From: an uncultured virus (IMG/VR IMGVR_UViG_3300034062_004781)
Taxonomy: Duplodnaviria > Heunggongvirae > Uroviricota > Caudoviricetes
Length of the DNA: 20,000 nucleotides
IMG/VR virus record: IMGVR_UViG_3300034062_004781
Reading direction: 5' to 3' (one strand)
The notes under the pieces are model-generated. The model did no database searches, was not told the origin of the DNA, and worked only from the letters and a program-made list of their open reading frames with translations. Positions 14,178-20,000 of the stretch are shown here, one piece after another (the first letter of the stretch is position 1; each line of letters starts with the position of its first letter). Both the position numbers and the translations under genes were made by a program.

Positions 14178-14933
14178 ATGAACAACAATCCCTTCACCGC
14201 TTACGGCATCCAGCACCTATCCCCTTCAACCGCCAACCTGTTCATCGGGTCTCCGGCTGCGTTTGTCCTCGACAAATGTATGAAGAAGCGGTCACAGGTG
14301 GGCGCAGCCGCACACAGGGGAACAGCCACGGAGACAGGCGTTGTTCATGGTCTTACAACAGGCGCAACGGACGACGAATGCATAAAGGTGGCGAAGGATG
14401 AGTTCTGGCGACTTATGGTCTTCTCGAGTGATCCCGCTGCCGAAAAAGAAGAAGCCGCAGTTCCTGAAATGGTTAAAAGAGGCCTTGCAGAATTGCGAGG
14501 ATACGGAAAGCCGACGTCGACCCAAGGTAAAATTGAGCATTGGTTTGACGGCATCGCAGTGCCCTTTATTGGTTTCTATGATGTTGAATGGGCGAACCAT
14601 AACATTCTGGTAGATCTGAAAACGACGCATGCCTTACCATCTAAAATCTCCACCAACCATGCTCGGCAGGTTTCACTGTATGCTGTTGCGCGCGGCAATG
14701 GCATTGACCCACGGGTTGCTTACATCACGCCAAAAAAGTCTGCGACGTATCGGGTTGAGAATGTATCTGAACATGTCAAAGCTTTGGAGCGAATCGGTCT
14801 TGCGATCCAACGGTTTTTATCAATAAGCGAAGATCCTATGGAGCTGGCAAAGCATGTCATGCCTGACGTCGACAGCTTCTACTTTAAAGATCCGATGGCG
14901 AGACAGACTGTCTTTGAGATTTGGGGCGTATAA
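14178..14933 (+). CDS. PD-(D/E)XK (RecB-like) exonuclease
   Basis: HLSPSTANLF, AAHRGTATE, FIGFYD...LVDLKTT and HARQVSLY motifs. Confidence 0.88.
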   Translation: MNNNPFTAYGIQHLSPSTANLFIGSPAAFVLDKCMKKRSQVGAAAHRGTATETGVVHGLTTGATDDECIKVAKDEFWRLMVFSSDPAAEKEEAAVPEMVKRGLAELRGYGKPTSTQGKIEHWFDGIAVPFIGFYDVEWANHNILVDLKTTHALPSKISTNHARQVSLYAVARGNGIDPRVAYITPKKSATYRVENVSEHVKALERIGLAIQRFLSISEDPMELAKHVMPDVDSFYFKDPMARQTVFEIWGV

Positions 14934-15529
14934 TGAAACATGAGATCAAAGATTTCATTGGCGTCTTTCACGACGTTGTCAGTGAAGAATATTGTAAGGA
15001 AGTGATTGAGTTTTTCGAGCATGTCGACGAGCTTGGCGGGGTGTATTCACGTCAAGATCAAGAGCCAGTATCCTCCATAATCAAAGACAATAATATATTC
15101 CATACGGACGACAAATGCCCTTCTATGGTATTCCATTCGCTGTTCAGGTTGATGAAGCCTTTCGTGAAAGCATGTGATGAATCATATGCTTTGTATCGAA
15201 AAAAATACGGTATTATGGAAGAGTTTCCATCGCATAGAATTAGTCCGTCTATACAAATGCAGCGCGTAAGGCCTACGCAAGGCTATCATGTCTGGCACTG
15301 CGAAAACAGTTGCTTGGCGTTCGGGCATAGAATATTGGTGCCGATACTTTACCTGAACGACGTTGCTGAAGGCGGCGAGACAGAGTTCTTGTATCAAAGC
15401 ATGCGTATAGCTCCCAAAAGAGGAACGCTTGTTCTTTTCCCTGCCGCGTTTACGCACACACATCGAGGCAATCCGCCGCTTAGTGGCGATAAATATTTCA
15501 TCACCAGCTGGATACAATTTGTGGAGTAA
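14933..15529 (+). CDS. 2OG-Fe(II) oxygenase, prolyl-4-hydroxylase-like
   Basis: GYHVWHCE, ILYLNDVAEGGETEF, GTLVLFPAAFTHTHRGNPPLSGDKYFITSW. Start taken at the TAATG overlap (14933). Confidence 0.92.
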   Translation: MKHEIKDFIGVFHDVVSEEYCKEVIEFFEHVDELGGVYSRQDQEPVSSIIKDNNIFHTDDKCPSMVFHSLFRLMKPFVKACDESYALYRKKYGIMEEFPSHRISPSIQMQRVRPTQGYHVWHCENSCLAFGHRILVPILYLNDVAEGGETEFLYQSMRIAPKRGTLVLFPAAFTHTHRGNPPLSGDKYFITSWIQFVE

Positions 15530-15534
15530 TCGAT

Positions 15535-15789
15535 ATGAGAGAGCTGCCGGAAAACAAGTTTGGATATCTTTGTCTTGGTGTCATTTCGGATGAAGGTGAA
15601 AGAGTTGGCTTGTATGTTAAGGCCAACAAAATAGCACTTATTTCTCATCCTGATGACGATGAACTACAATATCATCCGTGGTGCAAGTCTGTAGTCTATC
15701 TAAATAGCACTGGCGATTATAATAGAGTTGTAGATACAATCGACGAGATCTTAGAGCAGCTTGAAAACATTCATCCGAGCTTACGCTGA
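15535..15789 (+). CDS. Hypothetical protein (84 aa)
   Basis: SD GGAG with tight operon spacing. Confidence 0.75.
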   Translation: MRELPENKFGYLCLGVISDEGERVGLYVKANKIALISHPDDDELQYHPWCKSVVYLNSTGDYNRVVDTIDEILEQLENIHPSLR

Positions 15790-15893
15790 TGTGCATGCCA
15801 ATGAGCGCGCTTGTGAGAGCGCCTTACAGAGTTCCCCCGCCATAGGGTAAGGCAAGCGATGGGCCAGATCATCGCATAACATGGAGTGGTAAA

Positions 15894-16541
15894 ATGGCTT
15901 TTGGTGGATTTTTTGACGGTGTCGGCGAAGGCGGTTCCTTCCTTCCGATCATCAAGTATGACTCTCGTTCGGGTCGACTGTCGCGTCGCGACCGCGACAA
16001 CGGTGAGAACAACGATGTTGATATCACGCGCAACTTTAAGGCGATCTTCGATTTCGAAAATGTCGAAATTGGCTGGATCAACTTCAATACAGGCGGCGCT
16101 CCTGATTTCCGCGTCACTCGTTTTGCTGATGGCGGCTCTATCGATAAGCCTGCCGGCGAAGGTTTCAAGCGTGGCGTTCGTTTCGTCATCAAGCTTTCGA
16201 AAGAATGCGGCGGCGATATTCGCGAGTTCGCGTCAAATGCTGCTGCGTTCCTCGACGGTGCCAAAGGGCTGATGGATGCTTACGAAAAAGGCGTGAAAGA
16301 AAACGCCGGTAAGCTGCCTGTCGTCGAGCTGAAAGACACGGTTGCAAAGACTTCATCTGGAGGGGCGATGAAGACGACGAACTATGTGCCTGTTTGGGAG
16401 ATCACGGGGTGGGTAAAGCGTCCCGAAGATCTCGTTTACACGGCGCGTAGTTTGTCGGCCTCCTCCTCTGCGAGCGGCCCCGCTGCGACAGGATCGACTA
16501 AGGTCGACGCGCCTGCCGGCGGTGACGACGATTTCGGCTAA
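15894..16541 (+). CDS. Probable single-stranded DNA-binding/annealing protein
   Basis: Beta-rich body, Ser/Ala/Gly linker, acidic-aromatic tail GGDDDFG, SD GGAG, and position near the exonuclease. Confidence 0.65.
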   Translation: MAFGGFFDGVGEGGSFLPIIKYDSRSGRLSRRDRDNGENNDVDITRNFKAIFDFENVEIGWINFNTGGAPDFRVTRFADGGSIDKPAGEGFKRGVRFVIKLSKECGGDIREFASNAAAFLDGAKGLMDAYEKGVKENAGKLPVVELKDTVAKTSSGGAMKTTNYVPVWEITGWVKRPEDLVYTARSLSASSSASGPAATGSTKVDAPAGGDDDFG

Positions 16542-16640
16542 TCGCCGATAACAGTTGAAGGGGCGGCGATATCATTCACTGTGATGTTGTCTTGGTCGAC
16601 CGACAGCGTCGCCTCTTCTCTTTAATCACAAGGATGGACA

Positions 16641-16937
16641 ATGCGTTTTCTGGTCACGATGAACATGCCATCGTTCAACAATAATCTGGTTCATCAGGTT
16701 AATGTTGAGCATGCAGAATCGAACAGTTTAGAAGACTTCGTTACGGCTCTAACCAATAACGACTTCGTTCTGGTCGAGGAGTTCTATCGTGACCAGCAAA
16801 CCGGGACAGAACACAGCCGGGGTCAACTGGCTTTAAACTACCGCTTCATCGGCAAAGTAAAAGTGATGAACGGTGAATCTTTCCAAAACACTCAACTGAG
16901 AAGAGATCGATATGACCACCGCAAGCAATCCGTATGA
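16641..16937 (+). CDS. Hypothetical protein (98 aa)
   Basis: SD AAGGA; starts MRFLVTMNMPS. Confidence 0.8.
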   Translation: MRFLVTMNMPSFNNNLVHQVNVEHAESNSLEDFVTALTNNDFVLVEEFYRDQQTGTEHSRGQLALNYRFIGKVKVMNGESFQNTQLRRDRYDHRKQSV

Positions 16938-17361
16938 AATGCTCACACAGGCCGCTGAACTGATTCAGGAGCGCGGCCAGAACTACGGCGAGATCGAGAA
17001 TAACTTTCAGCTTATTGCTGATCTTTTTTCTCTTCGCGTCGGTCGCCCTTTCCATCCCTATGAAGCTTGCATACTTCTGGAATGCGTGAAGGACGCGCGT
17101 ATGTTCGCGACGCCGATGTTCGTCGATAACTATCTCGACGGCATCAATTACAGGGCGTTTGCCGCGCTGTTTGCTGAAGACTATGCGCAGCGTCGCACTT
17201 CGTTGACCGACGTCGCCTATCAGCGCAAAGATAACCTACAGAAGGCTGAGATGAAGCCGGTTGTGGTTAAGCAAAAAACGACGAAGGGTGCGCAGATTGT
17301 GCAGGGATCGTCTGCAATGCTGGCTGATCTCGAAAAAATCGAGACAGAGCTTGCTCGATAA
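16912..17361 (+). CDS. DUF6378-like all-alpha protein, possible nucleotide-metabolism role
   Basis: AAELIQERGQNYG...NFQLIADLFS...VKDAR...DNYLDGINY pattern. Confidence 0.7.
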   Translation: MTTASNPYEMLTQAAELIQERGQNYGEIENNFQLIADLFSLRVGRPFHPYEACILLECVKDARMFATPMFVDNYLDGINYRAFAALFAEDYAQRRTSLTDVAYQRKDNLQKAEMKPVVVKQKTTKGAQIVQGSSAMLADLEKIETELAR

Positions 17362-17363
17362 AT

Positions 17364-17395
17364 GATCGGGGGCCACGGCCCCCGGTTCTTTTTTT
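17364..17395 (+). terminator. Rho-independent terminator
   Basis: GATCGGGGGC-CACG-GCCCCCGGTT-CTTTTTTT. Confidence 0.85.
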
Positions 17396-17432
17396 GACGT
17401 TGATATGATATGATTCGTCTTGAGAGGGCGAC

Positions 17433-17648
17433 GTGGAAGAAACCTGCGAATATTACAAATACGTCCCGCATCACCAGCAAAAGATCTGGGAAGAAGCCGG
17501 GTGGGTATTTGAGAGAGATCTAGGACCGCCTCACGCGGCCTATGCAAGCTTGTTTAAATGGCCGCTGGATAGCGCGCCTGTCATCCCAGACAATACAGGC
17601 GTCGTGATAATTAAAACACTACCGGAGATTGACGATGGCGAACAATGA
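17433..17648 (+). CDS. Hypothetical protein (71 aa)
   Basis: SD GAGGG with GTG start; YKYVPHH...GW...HAAYASLFKW. Confidence 0.7.
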   Translation: MEETCEYYKYVPHHQQKIWEEAGWVFERDLGPPHAAYASLFKWPLDSAPVIPDNTGVVIIKTLPEIDDGEQ

Positions 17649-17832
17649 TCCTGATTACGCTGCTGGCGTTAAAGACGAGCGCGCGCGCTGCATGACCATT
17701 TGCGAATACTGGAAGCGCCCCTCTTATATCGCCACACATTACGGCCCCATTGACGAGGTCGGCATGCGCGTCCTACAACAGGTTGTTGCTGGCATCGAGG
17801 CGGACATCGCCAGCGGTCAGCAGCCTAAGTAA
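17635..17832 (+). CDS. Hypothetical protein (65 aa)
   Basis: GGAGATTGACGATG start; YAAGVKDERARC motif. Confidence 0.75.
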   Translation: MANNDPDYAAGVKDERARCMTICEYWKRPSYIATHYGPIDEVGMRVLQQVVAGIEADIASGQQPK

Positions 17833-17858
17833 CTTTCTTTTATTGACTGGTGATTGAT

Positions 17859-18497
17859 ATGAAACCGACTGAAAACTACGCTGTAGCTGCGCGCAGATTG
17901 TCGCCAACTGGCGACAGTGATGACTTTCCGACGCCGCCGTGGGCGACGCGCGCGCTCATTGAGCATGTAATCGGGCCTATGCGCGTATATGGAGAAATAT
18001 GCTGGGAGCCTGCCGCCAATCGCGGTTATATGGTTCGACCGCTTCAGGAGTATTTCGGAAATGTTATTTACTCCGACATCGTCGATTATGGATATGGTAA
18101 CGTCGTTGATTTCTTGGCTCCTGAAATTAGTCAAAATAATTTCGACGTTCATTGGATAATCACAAACCCGCCATTCAATAAGGCGCAGCAATTTATCGAG
18201 CAAGCGCAACGAATCGCAACTGATGGCGTCGCCATGCTTGTGCGCACGTCCTTCCTCGAAAGCGTCATGCGCTATCATACATTGTTCATGCACAATGCAC
18301 CTGACATCGTCGCGCAATTCTCTGAGCGGGTGCCGATGGTGAAAGGTCGATATGATCAGAAGGCGTCAACGGCGACAAGCTATGCGTGGCTTGTCTGGTA
18401 TGCGGGTCCAAAGGAAGCAAACAAGCAAACAATCCTAATGTGGATCCCGCCATGCAGGAAGGAACTGGAGAGGAAGGACGATATCAATGCCGACTGA
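17859..18497 (+). CDS. SAM-dependent DNA amino-methyltransferase, no cognate nuclease seen
   Basis: DDFPTPPW (motif X), WEPAANRG (motif I), IITNPPF (motif IV), YAWLVW. Confidence 0.88.
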   Translation: MKPTENYAVAARRLSPTGDSDDFPTPPWATRALIEHVIGPMRVYGEICWEPAANRGYMVRPLQEYFGNVIYSDIVDYGYGNVVDFLAPEISQNNFDVHWIITNPPFNKAQQFIEQAQRIATDGVAMLVRTSFLESVMRYHTLFMHNAPDIVAQFSERVPMVKGRYDQKASTATSYAWLVWYAGPKEANKQTILMWIPPCRKELERKDDINAD

Positions 18498-18708
18498 TCG
18501 TAGATTTAAGGATCCGTCTCTTCTGACGCCTTATGAGCAAAAGATCTACGATCTGCATTGCCAAGGTATGGGCCCGGCGCAAATATCCAAGGCTTTAAAT
18601 GGATCTTCAATGCCGAAGACAATCGATATCCGGCTGCGTCTCATTAGAGAGAAGATCGAATTAAAAAGGATTACTGATGCACAAGACAGACGTATATCTT
18701 GGGGTTAG
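18487..18708 (+). CDS. LuxR/sigma-region-4-like HTH protein (73 aa)
   Basis: LTPYEQKIYDLHCQGMGPAQISKALN...KTIDIRLRLIREKI. Confidence 0.75.
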   Translation: MPTDRRFKDPSLLTPYEQKIYDLHCQGMGPAQISKALNGSSMPKTIDIRLRLIREKIELKRITDAQDRRISWG

Positions 18709-18757
18709 CATCGTTATTATGTGCGTTGCTTCTGTAATGGCTGCGAGAGGGTGGTGA
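18677..18757 (+). CDS. Tiny membrane peptide (26 aa), not in the ORF track
   Basis: SD AAGGA, then MHKTDVYLGVSIVIMCVASVMAARGW*. TGATG-coupled to the next gene. Confidence 0.5.
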   Translation: MHKTDVYLGVSIVIMCVASVMAARGW

Positions 18758-19398
18758 TGGTTTACTTGTTTCCTTATGCTGGTGACGACAGACGACCGAG
18801 CGTTCAAAAGTCGGCTGCAAGACGGCAAAAGGCCAAGCCTAAAGTAGAGAAGTCGCGCGTTGTCGACGAGATTGTCACGCCGATTTTGAATCACAGCAGC
18901 GAGCTGATGCCGGTGCCGATGCCGGGCTCGATGTGGACGATCATGAAGGAAGTATGCGACCGCCATGATTGCAAGCCCAGCGAACTGGCCGGGAATGGCA
19001 AAGAATATAAGCTTGTGTATGCAAGACGCGAGTATTGCCTGCGCGTTCGTCAGGAAACGAGATACAGCCTTTCGCATATCGCAAAGACGATCAAGAAAGA
19101 TCACACGACCGTTTTGCATGCGATCAATATGGCCTCGAAAGGGCCTGAGCATTACGCGCCATTTGCAAAGAAGAAGCCGCCTCGCAAAGCGTATGAGCCT
19201 TACAAGATCATACTCGAGCGCGAATATACGGTAGACTTTTCAGATCGAGACAGGCGCGTTTATAAGTATATGCAGGAAGGCTTAAACAATCAGGAGATCG
19301 CTGATGCTATGGGCGTAAGAGTCCGTCAAGCGCGTGATTATAAGTATCAAGTAAACTGCAAATTGAAGCGCATAGAATATCTCGAAAAGGTCGATTGA
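18757..19398 (+). CDS. DnaA C-terminal (domain IV)-like HTH fused to a LuxR-type HTH
   Basis: LVYARREYCLRVRQETRYSLSHIAKTIKKDHTTVLHAI (DnaA_C) and FSDRDRRVYKYMQEGLNNQEIADAMGV (LuxR-like). Confidence 0.8.
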   Translation: MVYLFPYAGDDRRPSVQKSAARRQKAKPKVEKSRVVDEIVTPILNHSSELMPVPMPGSMWTIMKEVCDRHDCKPSELAGNGKEYKLVYARREYCLRVRQETRYSLSHIAKTIKKDHTTVLHAINMASKGPEHYAPFAKKKPPRKAYEPYKIILEREYTVDFSDRDRRVYKYMQEGLNNQEIADAMGVRVRQARDYKYQVNCKLKRIEYLEKVD

Positions 19399-19399
19399 T

Positions 19400-19702
19400 A
19401 TGAAGACCGGAACGTATGTGTATGGATTTTTATGCGTCTGCGCAGGCTCTGCGGCGACGATAATTTCGACGCCTAATCCTGCAGATAAAGACGCATGCGG
19501 GACATATAAGGTGCGCAACAAGGTTGCGACTGCATATGTATTGAGGCCGCCGCCTGCAGAGGTTGTCTATAAAGCCTGCCCGCAGGTTACTGAACATGTC
19601 GAACAAATCGACACATCGGAAAAACGTGTCGAAGAAACGCCAAAAAACGAACATGAGCCGCGTCACCATCGGCGTCATAGGGTGCGGAGGTATTGGCGAT
19701 GA
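19400..19702 (+). CDS. Hypothetical exported or membrane-anchored protein (100 aa)
   Basis: TGA-T-ATG coupling, hydrophobic N-terminus and His/Arg-rich tail. Confidence 0.65.
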   Translation: MKTGTYVYGFLCVCAGSAATIISTPNPADKDACGTYKVRNKVATAYVLRPPPAEVVYKACPQVTEHVEQIDTSEKRVEETPKNEHEPRHHRRHRVRRYWR

Positions 19703-20000
19703 CTGACTACACCGACCTAATCGCACGGCTGCGCTTATCACAAACCGGAGGCATTCACTACGAAGCCGCCGACGCATTAGAGGCGCAGGCGCGACGGATT
19801 GCGGAGTTGGAAAAAATGCTCGCCGTGCATCGTCTGGCGGTGGATGTTGACGCCTTGAAAGCCCGCATCGCGGTGGAGACGCATGCCAACCCTTCACTCG
19901 GACCGTTTCTGAAGAAGGCCCGCCAGGACATGCGGATGTCGCTGCGCGAGGTTGAAGAAGCCACGGGTAAGGAGATCTCGAACGCGTATCTGAGCCAGTT
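19699..20000 (+). CDS. Coiled-coil protein with an XRE-type HTH (partial, runs off the right edge)
   Basis: SD GGAGG and ATGA overlap. MTDYTDLIARLR...EAADALEAQARRIAELE...SLGPFLKKARQDMRMSLREVEEATGKEISNAYLSQ. Confidence 0.75.
   Translation, partial: MTDYTDLIARLRLSQTGGIHYEAADALEAQARRIAELEKMLAVHRLAVDVDALKARIAVETHANPSLGPFLKKARQDMRMSLREVEEATGKEISNAYLSQ

Noticed and set aside
14178..14933. Cas4
   Set aside because: It lacks the C-terminal Cys cluster for the Fe-S centre, and the context is a phage recombination module.
17394..17414. Promoter TTGACG...TATGAT
   Set aside because: The spacer is only 9 nt. An extended -10 alone is possible but unsupported.
1..20000. tRNA, rRNA, integrase or IS elements
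   Set aside because: None recognised by eye, so temperate versus lytic lifestyle cannot be decided from this window.

Overview
A 20-kb piece of a tailed dsDNA phage (Caudoviricetes) or prophage. The host is probably an alphaproteobacterium, inferred from a GapR/DUF2312 homolog and the gene style. (1) 1-4837, minus strand: packaging genes (portal 5' part, TerL, TerS), a small lipoprotein and gapR. (2) 4851-8166, plus strand: an early-type operon of about 10 small genes driven by two sigma70-like promoters that share one palindromic operator. Almost every gene starts with a copy of (AT)GGAGATTGATATG. (3) 8280-13988, minus strand: HNH-AP2 endonuclease, Prim-Pol/AAA helicase and RuvC-like resolvase. 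(4) 14178-20000, plus strand: PD-(D/E)XK nuclease, 2OG-Fe(II) oxygenase, SSB-like protein, DUF6378-like protein, DNA amino-methyltransferase and several HTH proteins. The main finding is two intact type II hammerhead ribozymes (5218-5271 and 5438-5489) that exactly bracket a 50-codon ORF missing from the ORF track. Their cores are identical and their stems covary. Each has a loop-I pseudoknot partner lying between the Shine-Dalgarno and start codon of the next gene. Double cleavage would excise a 218-nt single-gene RNA whose ends rebuild a hammerhead, so it could circularise. All calls come from reading the sequence by eye; no searches or folding programs were run.
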